Assembly (NCBI GenBank): GCA_024639165.1
Contig: JAHEIX010000012.1
Coordinates: 1,612 to 65,611 of the forward strand
Reading direction: 5' to 3'
DNA: 64,000 nt
Source: Flavobacteriaceae bacterium
GTDB taxonomy: Bacteria > Bacteroidota > Bacteroidia > Flavobacteriales > Flavobacteriaceae
Part shown: piece by piece, positions 27,311-39,564 of the stretch
How positions within the stretch are numbered: position 1 is the stretch's first letter
How the letters are laid out: each line of letters starts with the position of its first letter
Notes under the pieces: generated by a model
Told to the model about the DNA's origin: nothing
The model's database searches: none
Seen by the model: only the letters and a program-made list of their open reading frames with translations
Translations under genes and position numbers: made by a program

Positions 27311-29809
27311 TTATGAATTATCGTTATCTTCTAAAGTTACATCAATGTCATCTACATCTTGAATCTCATCATCGTCATTCATCACCTTGGCAACGGCAGC
27401 AATTGAATCGTCGCCTTTGATATTAATCAGACGAACACCTTGTGTGGCTCGTCCCATGACACGAAGGGTATCTACACCCAATCGTATGGCAATACCTGAG
27501 CGGTTGATAATCATCAAGTCATCTCCATCATTAACGTTTTTAATCGCAACCAAATTACCCGTTTTATCCGTTACAGAAAGGGTCTTTACCCCTTTTCCGC
27601 CACGGTTGGTTATGCGATAGTCGTCCAAATTGGAGCGCTTTCCATAGCCATGCTCGGAAACAACCAAAATGTCAGAGTCTAAATCATTTACAGTAACCAT
27701 GCCAATAACTTCATCGTGTGCATCCTTTAGAGAGATACCTCTTACACCGGATGCATTTCTTCCCATTGGACGGGTCTTGCTTTCTTCAAAACGAATGGCC
27801 TTTCCAGACTTAACCGCTAAAACAACTTGCGAAAGTCCAGTCGTGAGTTTGGCTTCTAGTAATTCGTCTCCTTCACGAACTGTAATTGCGTTAATACCAT
27901 TGGTCCTTGGTCTTGAATACTGTTCTAGTGATGTCTTTTTGACCTGTCCTTTTTTAGTGGCCATTACAACAAACATGCTGTTTATATAATCCTCATTTTT
28001 CAAGTCTTGTGTACAGATGAAAGCTTTCACCTTGTCATCTTGCTCAATATTGATGAGGTTTTGAATGGCTCGTCCTTTGGCTGTCTTGCTTCCTTCTGGA
28101 ATTTCAAATACACGCAACCAAAAACATTTTCCTTTTTGGGTAAAGAATAACATATACTGGTGGTTGGTACCAACAAATAAGTGCTCAAGAAAGTCTTCGT
28201 TACGGGTCGTAGAGGCTTTTTGTCCTACTCCACCCCTATTTTGAGTACGGTATTCTGCAAGCGGTGTTCTTTTGATATATCCCGCATGCGAAATGGTGAT
28301 CACCACTTTCTCGTCTGGAATCATATCTTCAACACGGAAGCTTCCACCGGCGTATTCAATCGTAGATCGGCGTTCGTCTCCGTATTTGTCTTTGACTTCA
28401 TGGAGTTCTGTTTTAATGATTTCCATACGGCGATCTTTTTTGTCTAAAATATCCTTTAGATCGGCAATGGTTTTCATCAATTCGTCAAATTCGCTGCGCA
28501 ATTTGTCCTGCTCTAAGCCAGTAAGCTGGCGTAAACGCATTTCAACAATAGCCTTTGCTTGTATTTCTGTTAATTCAAAAGTATCTATCAACTTTTTGCG
28601 TGCTTCTTCTGCATTGGCAGAAGCTTTAATCAAAGCAATGACCTCATCTATATTATCAGAGGCAATGATGAGTCCTTTTAAAATGTGTGCGCGCTCTTCT
28701 GCTTTTCGCAACTCGTATTGAGTACGACGTACCACAACCTCATGACGATGCTCCACAAAATGGTGAATCATATCCTTAAGGTTTAACATTTGTGGTCTGC
28801 CCTTGACTAATGCAATATTATTAACACTAAAAGAGGATTGTAAGGCTGTATACTTATACAGCATATTGAGCACAATATTAGGAATTGCATCACGCTTTAA
28901 GACGTAAACAATACGCATTCCCTTGCGATCAGACTCATCGCGAATATTAGAAATCCCTTCAATTTTTTTGTCGTTGACCATTTCAGCGGTTTTCCGAATC
29001 ATATCAGCTTTGTTAACTTGATATGGAATTTCGGTAACGATAATACATTCACGACCGTTTACTTCTTCTATTTCGGCTTTTCCACGAACAACAACACGTC
29101 CTCTGCCTGTATGGAAGGCTTCCTTGACACCTTCATATCCATAAATAACGCCTCCTGTAGGAAAGTCTGGTGCTTTGATGTGCTCCATCAGACCGTCGAT
29201 ATCAATCTCTGGGGTATCGATGTATGCAATCGTACCATTGATCACTTCTGTGAGGTTGTGAGGCGGCATGTTGGTTGCCATACCTACAGCAATACCTGAA
29301 GCTCCATTGATAAGCAAGTTAGGAACCCTAGTAGGCATTACGGTGGGTTCTTTTAAGGTGTCGTCAAAATTCAACTGATGATCAACGGTATCTTTGTCGA
29401 TATCGGCCATCATGTCTTCTGAAATTTTTTGCAAACGTGCCTCCGTGTAACGCATGGCTGCAGGGCTATCGCCATCAACAGATCCAAAGTTTCCTTGGCC
29501 ATCAACCATCATGTAGCGCAAACTCCAAGATTGAGCCATACGCACCATGGTATCATAAACCGATGTATCTCCGTGTGGGTGGTATTTACCAAGAACTTCC
29601 CCAACGATACGTGCAGACTTTTTATAAGATGAGTTTGCTCTGACTCCCAATTCATGCATGCCGAAGAGTACACGACGGTGTACAGGCTTAAGTCCATCAC
29701 GAACATCTGGCAGTGCACGTGACACAATGACCGACATTGAATAGTCAATATAAGCCGACTTCATTTCGTCTTCAATGTTGATTGGAATCAATTTATCTTC
29801 AGTAGCCAT
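27311..29809 (-). CDS. gyrA: DNA gyrase subunit A
   Basis: The N-terminus is canonical ([11 protein letters not shown], the HPHGD QRDR region, AAMRYTE active-site Tyr). C-terminal beta-pinwheel repeats and an acidic tail are present. Confidence 0.97.
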   Translation of the reverse strand: MATEDKLIPINIEDEMKSAYIDYSMSVIVSRALPDVRDGLKPVHRRVLFGMHELGVRANSSYKKSARIVGEVLGKYHPHGDTSVYDTMVRMAQSWSLRYMMVDGQGNFGSVDGDSPAAMRYTEARLQKISEDMMADIDKDTVDHQLNFDDTLKEPTVMPTRVPNLLINGASGIAVGMATNMPPHNLTEVINGTIAYIDTPEIDIDGLMEHIKAPDFPTGGVIYGYEGVKEAFHTGRGRVVVRGKAEIEEVNGRECIIVTEIPYQVNKADMIRKTAEMVNDKKIEGISNIRDESDRKGMRIVYVLKRDAIPNIVLNMLYKYTALQSSFSVNNIALVKGRPQMLNLKDMIHHFVEHRHEVVVRRTQYELRKAEERAHILKGLIIASDNIDEVIALIKASANAEEARKKLIDTFELTEIQAKAIVEMRLRQLTGLEQDKLRSEFDELMKTIADLKDILDKKDRRMEIIKTELHEVKDKYGDERRSTIEYAGGSFRVEDMIPDEKVVITISHAGYIKRTPLAEYRTQNRGGVGQKASTTRNEDFLEHLFVGTNHQYMLFFTQKGKCFWLRVFEIPEGSKTAKGRAIQNLINIEQDDKVKAFICTQDLKNEDYINSMFVVMATKKGQVKKTSLEQYSRPRTNGINAITVREGDELLEAKLTTGLSQVVLAVKSGKAIRFEESKTRPMGRNASGVRGISLKDAHDEVIGMVTVNDLDSDILVVSEHGYGKRSNLDDYRITNRGGKGVKTLSVTDKTGNLVAIKNVNDGDDLMIINRSGIAIRLGVDTLRVMGRATQGVRLINIKGDDSIAAVAKVMNDDDEIQDVDDIDVTLEDNDNS

Positions 29810-30026
29810 TCGGTTTTTTATTTAATGTTATGACATAATTGCTAAAATACATATTCATCGAATGAATATATATTAATTTATGCCCTATTTTCTTATAATT
29901 TATTAACAAACTATTTTTGAAAGAATTGCAAAATTTTTTGCTGATTTTATTTGTAATTCAACAATTTTTTTTGTCTATTCGTTATGTATCTGGTTCGATT
30001 TTTGAACACAGTATTTAAAAAAAGCT

Positions 30027-32585
30027 ATGGACGATAACTTTTCATCTCGCGTTAAAGACGTCATAACCTACAGTAAGGAAGAGGCCTTACGACTTGGACA
30101 CGACTTTATTGGCACAGAGCATCTTATGCTCGGATTACTACGTGATGGTAACGGAAAAGCAATTTCAATACTCTCAGCATTAGAGATTGATTTGGATTAT
30201 TTGAGAAGAAAAATTGAAATTTTAAGTCCTGCCAATCCGACCAATTCACCCGAACCACAACACAAAACAAACTTGCACCTAACCCGACAAGCGGAACGTG
30301 CACTAAAAACAACTTTCCTCGAAGCCAAGCTTTTTCAAAGCACTTCAATAAATACGGCACACTTGCTGCTGTGTATTCTTAGAAACGAGAATGATCCAAC
30401 AACTAAGGTGTTGCACAAACTTCAGGTTGATTACGAAACAGTTAAAGATCAGTTTAAATACATGTCTGTCGATTCTGATGATGATGACTTTATAGACATG
30501 CCTTCTGCCGATGCATTTCCAGATGATGCCGCTGACGAAGAGAGCCGTGGGCAGGGCGCATCCTTTTCTTCGCCTACCGATGATAAAAAATCAAAAAAAT
30601 CCAGCACACCTGTCCTTGACAATTTTGGTAGAGACCTAACCAAGGTTGCCCTTGAAGGCAATATGGATCCCGTTATTGGCAGGGAAAAAGAAATTGAGCG
30701 TGTTTCACAAATTTTAAGCCGCCGTAAGAAAAACAATCCCTTACTCATTGGTGAACCCGGTGTGGGTAAGTCTGCCATTGCAGAAGGACTAGCCCTACGC
30801 ATTATTCAAAAAAAGGTGTCGAGAGTACTCTATAACAAACGCGTAGTAACCCTAGACTTAGCTTCGTTAGTTGCAGGCACAAAATACAGGGGGCAGTTTG
30901 AAGAACGCCTAAAAGCCGTTATGAATGAGTTGGAAAAAAACACCAACATCATATTATTTATTGATGAAATTCACACCATTGTTGGTGCCGGTGGCGCGAC
31001 AGGAAGCCTTGATGCTTCCAATATGTTTAAGCCTGCACTGGCTAGAGGCGAAATTCAATGCATAGGTGCTACAACTCTTGACGAATACCGTCAAAACATT
31101 GAAAAAGATGGTGCTTTAGAACGTCGTTTCCAAAAAGTTGTGGTGGAACCGACTTCTGTAGATGAGACCATTGAAATATTGCAAAATATCAAAGACAAGT
31201 ACGAAGCGCATCACAATGTGAACTACACGGATGAAGCCATTGAAGCTTGTGTTAAACTATCAGACAGGTACATAACAGATCGTTTTTTACCAGACAAGGC
31301 CATAGACGCCCTTGATGAAGCAGGATCAAGAGTACATATCACCAATATGGAAGTTCCTGAGAAAATTGTCGAAATTGAAAATGAGCTTGAAGATGTACGG
31401 GAGCAAAAAAACAGTGTTGTTAAGCGTCAGAAATATGAAGAGGCTGCTAAGCTTCGCGACGATGAGAAGAAACTGGAAAAAGAATTATTGCTAGCACAAG
31501 AAGACTGGCAAGAAGAACAACGTCAGAATAGAGAAACCGTTACTGAAAACCATATTGCTGATGTAGTTGCCATGATGACAGGAATTCCCGTCCAACGCTT
31601 ATCAGACGGCGAAAGCGATCGCCTTGCAAAACTCGAGGAGCTCATACAAGGAAAAGTTATTGGCCAAGAGAATGCCGTGGCAAAAGTAGCCAAGGCCATT
31701 CAACGTAACCGAGCAGGACTTAAAAACCCGAACAAACCCATTGGTTCCTTTATTTTCCTAGGTCAAACTGGTGTTGGAAAAACACAACTTGCCAAAGTAC
31801 TGGCAACCGAACTTTTTGAAAGCGAAGCCTCACTTATCCGAATAGACATGAGTGAATACATGGAGAAATTTTCTATTTCAAGGCTTATTGGTGCACCTCC
31901 GGGATACGTAGGCTATGAAGAAGGAGGGCAATTAAGTGAAAAGGTCAGAAGAAAACCTTATTCCGTTGTTCTTTTAGATGAGATTGAAAAAGCACATCCA
32001 GATGTCTTTAACATGTTGCTTCAAGTATTAGATGATGGCTATTTAACCGACTCGCTAGGCAGACGTGTAGATTTCAAAAACACCATTATCATCATGACTT
32101 CAAATGTTGGCGCAAGACAAGTCAAAGACTTTGGGTTAGGCGTTGGATTTGGTACAGCAGCCCAAAAATCTCAAGAAGACAAAAATATTCAAGGCGTTAT
32201 TCAAAATGCACTAAAAAAGAAATTCTCTCCAGAATTTTTAAATCGAATTGATGATGTGGTAATTTTCAATAACCTTGACAAAGACCACCTAACAAAAATC
32301 ATCAAGCTTGAACTTGGCGCATTACAGGACAGGGTTAAAGAACTCGGCTACAGCTTATCATTGAGCAAAAAAGCCATTACATTCCTGATTGACAAAGGCT
32401 ATGACAAGCAGTATGGTGCTAGACCACTTGCGCGTGCCATTCAGCGATATGTAGAGGACGCCATGGCAGGAGAGATTCTTAAAAAATCGCTTACCAATGG
32501 CTCTAAGGTGACTTTTGATTGGGATGGAAAAAGCGATGAACTAAAGCTTTCTATTGAAAATAACAAGGCGACAAAAAAATCGTAG
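30027..32585 (+). CDS. clpC: ClpC-type AAA+ chaperone (Clp protease ATP-binding subunit)
   Basis: It has Clp N-domain repeats and two AAA modules ([13 protein letters not shown]; [12 protein letters not shown]). A UVR-like segment ([19 protein letters not shown]) is present, and the product aligns by eye with B. subtilis ClpC throughout. Confidence 0.9.
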   Translation: MDDNFSSRVKDVITYSKEEALRLGHDFIGTEHLMLGLLRDGNGKAISILSALEIDLDYLRRKIEILSPANPTNSPEPQHKTNLHLTRQAERALKTTFLEAKLFQSTSINTAHLLLCILRNENDPTTKVLHKLQVDYETVKDQFKYMSVDSDDDDFIDMPSADAFPDDAADEESRGQGASFSSPTDDKKSKKSSTPVLDNFGRDLTKVALEGNMDPVIGREKEIERVSQILSRRKKNNPLLIGEPGVGKSAIAEGLALRIIQKKVSRVLYNKRVVTLDLASLVAGTKYRGQFEERLKAVMNELEKNTNIILFIDEIHTIVGAGGATGSLDASNMFKPALARGEIQCIGATTLDEYRQNIEKDGALERRFQKVVVEPTSVDETIEILQNIKDKYEAHHNVNYTDEAIEACVKLSDRYITDRFLPDKAIDALDEAGSRVHITNMEVPEKIVEIENELEDVREQKNSVVKRQKYEEAAKLRDDEKKLEKELLLAQEDWQEEQRQNRETVTENHIADVVAMMTGIPVQRLSDGESDRLAKLEELIQGKVIGQENAVAKVAKAIQRNRAGLKNPNKPIGSFIFLGQTGVGKTQLAKVLATELFESEASLIRIDMSEYMEKFSISRLIGAPPGYVGYEEGGQLSEKVRRKPYSVVLLDEIEKAHPDVFNMLLQVLDDGYLTDSLGRRVDFKNTIIIMTSNVGARQVKDFGLGVGFGTAAQKSQEDKNIQGVIQNALKKKFSPEFLNRIDDVVIFNNLDKDHLTKIIKLELGALQDRVKELGYSLSLSKKAITFLIDKGYDKQYGARPLARAIQRYVEDAMAGEILKKSLTNGSKVTFDWDGKSDELKLSIENNKATKKS

Positions 32586-32602
32586 CCACACTCTAAATTA
32601 GG

Positions 32603-33475
32603 TTATTGATTTACAGCAACTAAACTCAAGTCTACGATAGACGCAGAGTGCGTTATTGCTCCCATAGAAACAAAATCTACTCCTGTTTCGGCATATGTTG
32701 CTGCATTTTCTAAATCAATATTTCCGGAAGCCTCTGTTTGAATAGCTCCATTGATGTGAGCTACTGCCAATGCCAAATCTTGAGGTGACATATTATCCAA
32801 TAGTATTCTGCTAATCCAAGGGTGTTGTAAACAAATGTCAACTTCGTCGAGGTTACGCGTTTCAACTATTATAGGGACGGGCTTGGCCAAACTAGCTACA
32901 TAGGCTTTTGTTTTAGCAAGTGCTTGATTTAGACCACCACAAAAATCAATATGATTGTCTTTTAACATAATAGCATCATAAAGCCCCATTCGGTGATTCA
33001 TACCTCCACCAAGGGCTACAGCCCATTTTTCAGCAATTCTAAAGTTCGGTGTGGTTTTTCTTGTATCCAAAACCCTGCAGCTAGTATGTCCTATCCGCTC
33101 TTGAACCTGACGTGTAAGACTTGCAATACCGCTCATGCGTTGCAAAGCATTAAGCATAAGTCGTTCGAGACTGAGTATGGTTTGGGCCGTTCCCTCTAGA
33201 TAAAACAGCACATCCCCTTTTGAAAACGTATCCCCATCATTAAGGATTGGGATAAGACTTACGCCTTGTCCGTGGTGTTGTAATACAAACTCACAAAAAG
33301 CCACCCCTGCCAAAACGCCATCCCCTTTTGCGATTAGTTGCGCCTTAGATTTATGATCTTTTGGGAAAACAGCTTTTGAAGTATGATCGCCTTGACCTCC
33401 TAAATCTTCAATAACCGCATTGGCAACGCAAGCTATCAACTCGTTTCTGTAAGTATTGACAAAGGAATTAGACAT
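32603..33475 (-). CDS. nadC: Nicotinate-nucleotide pyrophosphorylase (carboxylating)
   Basis: QPRTase motifs are present (RKTTPNFR, HRMGLYDAIMLKDNH). The track ORF runs to 33547, but Met25 (MSNSF, ATG at 33475) gives the normal length and an 8-nt overlap with nadB. Confidence 0.9.
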   Translation of the reverse strand: MSNSFVNTYRNELIACVANAVIEDLGGQGDHTSKAVFPKDHKSKAQLIAKGDGVLAGVAFCEFVLQHHGQGVSLIPILNDGDTFSKGDVLFYLEGTAQTILSLERLMLNALQRMSGIASLTRQVQERIGHTSCRVLDTRKTTPNFRIAEKWAVALGGGMNHRMGLYDAIMLKDNHIDFCGGLNQALAKTKAYVASLAKPVPIIVETRNLDEVDICLQHPWISRILLDNMSPQDLALAVAHINGAIQTEASGNIDLENAATYAETGVDFVSMGAITHSASIVDLSLVAVNQ

Positions 33476-35024
33476 AATCTTGATTGTAATAAACCCCTTT
33501 ATTTTGAGGCTGTTGTTGGGATTGTTTAACCATAAGATAGGCCACACTCACAAGATTCCGAAGGGTCGTGAGCTGAGGGGTTAATTTGTTTTTTTGATAA
33601 AGAGCTGCAGTAGCCACATATACGTCTTGAAGTGCTTTTTCTGCTTGTTGTAGACTGTCAAAAGATTTAATAATACCTACATGTGCGCTCATGATTTGCT
33701 GCAAATTTGACCGTAACGAACTGATCTGTTTAGTACGCTCATTTGAAACATCTTCTGTTCCCATCCAATCTGGAATGGTGTCAAAGAAAGAGACTGGCAA
33801 GCAGTTTTTGTGCAAGGCGTCAGCGGCATGCTCAGCAGCACGAGCAGCGTATACCAAAGCTTCTAGTAGTGAGTTTGATGCCAAGCGGTTGGCCCCATGC
33901 AAGCCAGTGTGACTACACTCCCCTATAGCATAGAGGGCAGACAAGCTGCTCAGACCATTTTCGTCTACATCGATACCCCCACAGAAATAATGAGCTGCTG
34001 GCAGTACAGGAATAAAGGATTTACGAATATCAATGCCCAGTTTCATACAAGTCGACATGATGGTTGGGAACTCCTTTTCCAATATTGATTGGTCAATTTT
34101 GGTTGCATCCAAGTACACGTGTGGTATATTGTACTTTATCATTTCAGCATTTATGGCACGCGATACCACATCCCTTGGAGCTAAATCTAATTGCGCATCG
34201 TATTCATGCATAAAAGCTTCCCCGTTTTTGTTGCGAAGTATAGCGCCTGCACCTCGAATTGCTTCAGAAATCAAAAAGGTATTACTGTCCACTTTTGGAT
34301 ATAAAGCAGTGGGGTGAAATTGAACAAAATGCAAGTTTTTAACCTGGACTTTTGCACGATAGGCTGCTCCAAGGCCATCGCCTGTAGCTGCATTTGGATT
34401 GGTAGTATGGGCATATACCTGCCCAGCACCACCTGTGGACAATACCGTTAGTTGAGAGGTGATTTTTATAATTTCTTCGTCATTGATGGATATTACATAA
34501 GCGCCATAACAACGTCCATGTTTTTCTCCCTTAAGGTGGTGGTCTGTGATTAAATCAACTAATGAATAATTTTCAAAAAATTGAATATTGTCGTGAGCTC
34601 TGGCTTTTGCTATCAGGGCATTTTGAATATGTAAGCCTGATTGGTCTTTGTGATGCACGATGCGTTTGGCAGAATGTCCGCCCTCTTTACCAAGATGTAG
34701 CGAAGAACCACTTTTATCAAAATCAGCGCCCCAATCCATCAATTCTTGTACGCGTGAAGGTCCTTCACGAACAACAAAATCTACAACCTTTGGGTCTGAA
34801 GTATAATCACTAGCACGTAGGGTGTCTTCAACGTGGTCTGCATAAGAATCATTAATAAAATTGGAAACTACGGCAATACCGCCTTGTGCGTATTTGGTGT
34901 TGCTCTCCAGTAAATCACGTTTGGAAATCAGGGTGATATTTTTGTCTGGACATTTTTCCGCCAAACGAACTGCATAACTCAATCCTGCTATCCCAGTCCC
35001 AATAACCAATACATCTGCGTGCAT
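33468..35024 (-). CDS. nadB: L-aspartate oxidase
   Basis: It has the FAD-binding N-terminus DVLVIGTGIAGLS and flavoprotein succinate-dehydrogenase-like motifs. It sits between nadA and nadC. Confidence 0.93.
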   Translation of the reverse strand: MHADVLVIGTGIAGLSYAVRLAEKCPDKNITLISKRDLLESNTKYAQGGIAVVSNFINDSYADHVEDTLRASDYTSDPKVVDFVVREGPSRVQELMDWGADFDKSGSSLHLGKEGGHSAKRIVHHKDQSGLHIQNALIAKARAHDNIQFFENYSLVDLITDHHLKGEKHGRCYGAYVISINDEEIIKITSQLTVLSTGGAGQVYAHTTNPNAATGDGLGAAYRAKVQVKNLHFVQFHPTALYPKVDSNTFLISEAIRGAGAILRNKNGEAFMHEYDAQLDLAPRDVVSRAINAEMIKYNIPHVYLDATKIDQSILEKEFPTIMSTCMKLGIDIRKSFIPVLPAAHYFCGGIDVDENGLSSLSALYAIGECSHTGLHGANRLASNSLLEALVYAARAAEHAADALHKNCLPVSFFDTIPDWMGTEDVSNERTKQISSLRSNLQQIMSAHVGIIKSFDSLQQAEKALQDVYVATAALYQKNKLTPQLTTLRNLVSVAYLMVKQSQQQPQNKGVYYNQDYV

Positions 35025-35025
35025 A

Positions 35026-36024
35026 CTATGACAAAGCTAGCATCCTATCAATGGGTGCTTTTGCAGCAGCCATTAAAGAAGGTTCAAGATTAATTTCGGG
35101 TAACTCATGCTTTAGACACATATAAAGTTTTTCGATAGTGTTAAGCTTCATGAAAGCACACTCGCTACAAGCACAGGTATCATCCGAAACAGGTGCGGGG
35201 ATAAACGTTTTTTGCGGGGCACGTTTCTTCATTTCGTGTAAAATCCCGGCTTCTGTTGCAACGATATAAGCAGCTGCGTTGTCGTTTTGTACAAAATTAA
35301 GCAGCCCAGAAGTACTGCCAACGTAGTGCGCAATAGCTAACACTTGTGATTCACTTTCGGGATGAGCAATAAATTTTGCCTTGGGATGCTGCTGGGCCAA
35401 CGCAACAATTTTATCAAATGAAAAGGCTTCGTGTACGATGCACGAACCATCCCAGAGAATCATATCACGACCCGTTTCCTTGATGAGGTAGCGCCCCAGA
35501 TTTTTATCAGGCGCAAAAATAATAGGCTGATCTTTAGGGATGCTTTCAATAATACGAACAGCATTACTAGATGTACAAACAATATCGCTTAAAGCCTTGA
35601 TTTCTGCAGAGCAGTTGATGTAAGTAACAACTATAGCCTCGGGATGCTTGGCCTTAAAAGCGGCAAATGCATCGGGAGGGCAAGAATCTGCCAACGAACA
35701 ACCCGCATTTAGATCAGGCAATAAAACTTTTTTAGTAGGATTGATAATTTTAGCGGTTTCAGCCATGAAATGAACACCTGCAAAAACAATAATTTTGGAG
35801 GATACTTCGGCTGCTGCTTTCGCCAAATAGAGACTATCACCAAGATAATCCGCCAAATCCTGAATGGCATCTTCTTGATAATAATGTGCTAAAAGCACGG
35901 CATTCTTTGCTGCTTTCAATCGCTTGATTTCTTCAATCAAAGAAATGTTTTTCGAAATAGGCGCATCTACAAATCCCCTTGCGGTTAGAGATGCAGAAGT
36001 AGTGGGTGTTTTAATGATGTTCAA
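35026..36024 (-). CDS. nadA: Quinolinate synthase
   Basis: NadA motifs are present ([23 protein letters not shown], three-Cys cluster region). The only in-frame start upstream of the conserved region is the TTG at 36024. Confidence 0.93.
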   Translation of the reverse strand: MNIIKTPTTSASLTARGFVDAPISKNISLIEEIKRLKAAKNAVLLAHYYQEDAIQDLADYLGDSLYLAKAAAEVSSKIIVFAGVHFMAETAKIINPTKKVLLPDLNAGCSLADSCPPDAFAAFKAKHPEAIVVTYINCSAEIKALSDIVCTSSNAVRIIESIPKDQPIIFAPDKNLGRYLIKETGRDMILWDGSCIVHEAFSFDKIVALAQQHPKAKFIAHPESESQVLAIAHYVGSTSGLLNFVQNDNAAAYIVATEAGILHEMKKRAPQKTFIPAPVSDDTCACSECAFMKLNTIEKLYMCLKHELPEINLEPSLMAAAKAPIDRMLALS

Positions 36025-36159
36025 TTTTTAAATAAAATTAGTGAAAATAATGCCTTCTTAAACTTTACAATCAACAAAAAATAATACGGATATTACATGT
36101 ATTGTAATCGAATACCAACAAAAATAATGTTCAGCGCATTATTTTGGAGATAAAACGGT

Positions 36160-36167
36160 TACTTTTG
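36160..36167 (+). promoter_or_regulatory. -7 promoter box TACTTTTG for thrABC
   Basis: This is an exact TAnnTTTG match, 24 nt upstream of ATG 36192. A TTTG lies at 36143-36146, but its spacing is shorter than the consensus. Confidence 0.4.
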
Positions 36168-36191
36168 TATCGTTTTTTTTAACACTTGGAA

Positions 36192-38630
36192 ATGATAGTT
36201 TTAAAGTTTGGTGGATCTTCAGTAGCTGGAGCCAATGAAGTTGAGCAGGTTCTTGCTGTTTTATCAGCACAAAAGAAACCCATGGCAGTTGTGGTTTCAG
36301 CCCTAGGTGGAATCACAGATGAACTGCATGCCTTGGGTAAATTGGCCGCCAATGGCGATGCCTCATATGCAGATCGATTAAAACAGGTTGAAGAGCGCCA
36401 TGTACACATGGTTCAAGCCCTTATTCCTGTTTCTAAAAGAAGTGCTATTCTTAGTGCAACCAAACAAATCATTAACAAACTCGAAACTATCCTTGAAGGC
36501 ACGTTTATGATACGTGAACTTTCTCCCAAAACATTAGATACCCTGCTGAGTTTTGGTGAAATCCTCTCACACAAAATAATAGCAGAAGCGGCAAAAGCAA
36601 AGGGCATTGATGCAATTGCAAAGAATGCACAAGATCTTATTGTAACCTTTCAATCGCTAGGGAGAACTCTTGTAGATTATAAAAAAACCAATGCTAACCT
36701 CCGTGCATTTTTCAAAAGCAACAAACATCAAGTAGTTGTGCTTCCTGGTTTTGTTTCCAAAAATGCAGAAGGTATTGTAACAACACTTGGGCGTGGCGGT
36801 TCTGACCTTACCGCATCCATAACAGCCTGTGCGCTAGAGGCTGAATTTTTAGAAATCTGGACAGATGTAAGTGGTATGTACACTGCTCATCCCGCCTTGG
36901 TGAAGCAAGCCAAATCCATTCCGGAAATTTCGTATCAAGAAGCCATGGAGCTTTCGCACTTTGGGGCCAAGGTTATCTACCCGCCTACCCTTCAACCCAT
37001 TATTGAAAAAAACATTCCGGTTTACATCAAAAACACTTTTGAACCTAGTGATGCTGGCACCCTAATCACCAATACTACTGAAGCAGAAACAGTGGTAAGA
37101 GGAATCAGTCATATCAATGACATTGCACTACTCACCCTTGAAGGAAGTGGCATGATTGGTGTTCCAGGCTATTCGCAGAAACTACTAACAGTTTTAGCAC
37201 AACATCACATAAATGTGGTGATGATTACACAAGCATCCTCAGAACACTCTATTTGTTTGGGTATTGATGCTACGGAAGCTGATTTTGCACAAGAAACCAT
37301 TGACGAAGCCTTTGCGCTCGACATAGAGACCAAAAAAATTAATCCTATTCGCGTTGAAAAAGAATTGTCCATCATTGCACTTGTTGGTGAAAACATGAAA
37401 AATCACCAAGGCATCAGTGGACGGATGTTCCGTGCGTTGGGTAACAACAATGTGAATGTCAAAGCCATTGCACAAGGGGCTTCAGAAAAAAACATCACAG
37501 CAGTCATAGACAGCAAAGACATCAAGAAAGCCTTAAACACACTGCATGAGGCATTCTTTGAAGCTCAAATTAAAAAAATACATCTATTTGTCACTGGAAT
37601 TGGCAACGTGGGAAGCAAGTTTTTAGAGCAAGTACACCAACAGCGCGATTTTCTAAAAGAGCATTTCAAACTCAATTTGAGTGTTATTGGCATTTCCAAT
37701 TCTCGTAAAATGGTTTTTGATGCAACAGGTATAGACCTAGACAATTGGGGGGAAATGCTTAATGCAGGCGAAAAAGCAGACAAGGAATTGTTTTTCGAAA
37801 AAACCAAGGCACTGAACATGCGCAATGCCATATTTGTAGACAATACGGCGAATCCAATTATTGCTGGAACCTATGCGCAATATTTAAAAAATAACATTGG
37901 TGTAGTAACTTGTAATAAGATTGCTTGTGCCGATGAATTGGCCAATTACCAAAACCTTAAAAAATTGTCGCGTAAGTACAACGCACCTTTCTTGTACGAA
38001 ACCAATGTAGGAGCTGGTTTGCCTATTATTGACACACTCAACCACCTGATTGCATCTGGCGATCAAGTGCACAGTATTCAGGCCGTGTTATCAGGAAGCT
38101 TAAATTTTGTTTTTAATTCATTCAATGAAAACACATCATTCCGTGAAGTTGTGGAGCAGGCCATGCAAGAAGGTTACACTGAACCAGATCCTAAAATTGA
38201 TTTAAGTGGCATTGACGTGGCAAGAAAAATATTGATTTTAGCAAGAGAAAGTGGGTTTGAAATGGAGCTTACCGATATTGAGAACAAATCCTTTTTACCG
38301 CAGGCCTGTTTAGACACCACTAGCAATGAAGCCTTTTTAGCAAGTTTGGATGCGCACAAAACACATTTTGATGGCCTTTTCCGGACTGCAGCAACTGAAA
38401 ATGCACGTCTTAAGTACGTTGCTACATTTGAAGACGGCAAAGCAACTGTAGGCTTAAAACATATCCCGCAAGGACATGATTTTTATACCCTTGAGGGCAG
38501 CGACAACATCGTGTTGTTCTATACAGACAGGTATGCACAACAACCCCTTATTGTTAAAGGTGCAGGTGCAGGTGCTGCTGTAACCGCTTCTGGAATATTT
38601 GCAGATATCATTAGAATTGGAAAAAGTTGA
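36192..38630 (+). CDS. thrA: Bifunctional aspartokinase / homoserine dehydrogenase
   Basis: The N-terminus is aspartokinase-type (KFGGSS), followed by ACT domains and a C-terminal homoserine dehydrogenase. The track start at 36186 is a TTG, and the first ATG at 36192 (MIVLKFGG) is the more likely start. Confidence 0.93.
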   Translation: MIVLKFGGSSVAGANEVEQVLAVLSAQKKPMAVVVSALGGITDELHALGKLAANGDASYADRLKQVEERHVHMVQALIPVSKRSAILSATKQIINKLETILEGTFMIRELSPKTLDTLLSFGEILSHKIIAEAAKAKGIDAIAKNAQDLIVTFQSLGRTLVDYKKTNANLRAFFKSNKHQVVVLPGFVSKNAEGIVTTLGRGGSDLTASITACALEAEFLEIWTDVSGMYTAHPALVKQAKSIPEISYQEAMELSHFGAKVIYPPTLQPIIEKNIPVYIKNTFEPSDAGTLITNTTEAETVVRGISHINDIALLTLEGSGMIGVPGYSQKLLTVLAQHHINVVMITQASSEHSICLGIDATEADFAQETIDEAFALDIETKKINPIRVEKELSIIALVGENMKNHQGISGRMFRALGNNNVNVKAIAQGASEKNITAVIDSKDIKKALNTLHEAFFEAQIKKIHLFVTGIGNVGSKFLEQVHQQRDFLKEHFKLNLSVIGISNSRKMVFDATGIDLDNWGEMLNAGEKADKELFFEKTKALNMRNAIFVDNTANPIIAGTYAQYLKNNIGVVTCNKIACADELANYQNLKKLSRKYNAPFLYETNVGAGLPIIDTLNHLIASGDQVHSIQAVLSGSLNFVFNSFNENTSFREVVEQAMQEGYTEPDPKIDLSGIDVARKILILARESGFEMELTDIENKSFLPQACLDTTSNEAFLASLDAHKTHFDGLFRTAATENARLKYVATFEDGKATVGLKHIPQGHDFYTLEGSDNIVLFYTDRYAQQPLIVKGAGAGAAVTASGIFADIIRIGKS

Positions 38631-39564
38631 TATAAAAGGCGTTAAACTATTTGCGCCAGCCAGTATAGCCAATATTTCGTGTGGCTTTGATGTTTTGGGA
38701 CTCTGTCTCCAAAACATAGGAGACCTTATGGAAATACGCCGAAGTGAAAAATCGGGCATACACATCACTTCTATCGAAGGGCAAGATTTACCTCTTGAGG
38801 CTGAGAATAATGTAGCAGGAGTTGCCGGCCTGGCTATGCTTGAAGCCTATAATCCACAACTGGGATTTGAAATCAGAATTGTAAAAAACATAAAGCCAGG
38901 AAGTGGCATCGGAAGCTCTGCTGCCAGTGCTGCAGGTACAGTAGCAGGTATAAATTATTTGCTTGGCAATCCATTTTCAACTAAAGAATTAATTCCTTTT
39001 GCTATGGAAGGAGAGCGTTTGGCTTGTGGAAGTGCCCATGCCGACAACGTGGCGCCAGCACTCCTTGGAGGATTTACACTAGTCCGCGACACCAATCCAT
39101 TGGACATCTGCGCATTACCCACACCACTAGAGCTTGTGGCCACTGTGATACATCCAAAAATTGAAGTAAAAACAGCTGATGCACGTGCCGTACTCAAAAA
39201 ACGTGTAACGCTTGAAAAAGCCATCAGTCAATGGGGAAATGTTGGTGCGCTGGTCTCTAGTTTATACGAAGAAGATTACGACTTGTTGAGCAGGTCTTTG
39301 GTAGACGGCATAGTTGAGCCCGAAAGGTCAATCCTTATCCCCTATTTCAGCGAATTGAAAGCAGCTTGCGAAGCAGCTGGAGCATTGGGCTCAGGTATCT
39401 CAGGTTCTGGTCCTTCTGTTTTCGCCTTATCTAGAGGCATGAGCACCGCCAATAAGGTTGCACAAGCCATGCAATCTGTTTTTGAAAAAACAACTATTCC
39501 GTTTGACATTCATATCAGTCCTATCAAAAAAACAGGCGTAAGCTTTATTGAAGATCTCAGATGA
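38599..39564 (+). CDS. thrB: Homoserine kinase
   Basis: The GHMP kinase motif PGSGIGSSAASAA is present. The start is uncertain because it is a TTG at 38599 inside the thrA 3' end. Confidence 0.9.
   Translation: MQISLELEKVDIKGVKLFAPASIANISCGFDVLGLCLQNIGDLMEIRRSEKSGIHITSIEGQDLPLEAENNVAGVAGLAMLEAYNPQLGFEIRIVKNIKPGSGIGSSAASAAGTVAGINYLLGNPFSTKELIPFAMEGERLACGSAHADNVAPALLGGFTLVRDTNPLDICALPTPLELVATVIHPKIEVKTADARAVLKKRVTLEKAISQWGNVGALVSSLYEEDYDLLSRSLVDGIVEPERSILIPYFSELKAACEAAGALGSGISGSGPSVFALSRGMSTANKVAQAMQSVFEKTTIPFDIHISPIKKTGVSFIEDLR

Noticed and set aside
30465-30617. The acidic, low-complexity insertion in ClpC between the N-domain and the first AAA module ([24 protein letters not shown]...).
   Set aside because: It appears to be just a longer version of the variable linker found in ClpC orthologs, and there is no evidence of a distinct function.
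33476-33547. N-terminal extensions proposed by the ORF track. Affected genes and track starts are nadC (33547), pepP (42518), rsmD (49078), rhomboid (50499), mutL (53020), nrnA (53319), rlmD (59845) and thrA (36186).
   Set aside because: Most track starts are TTG or GTG codons upstream of an ATG that gives the family-typical N-terminus, a signal peptide, a coupling overlap or a promoter-supported start. Coordinates were trimmed accordingly.
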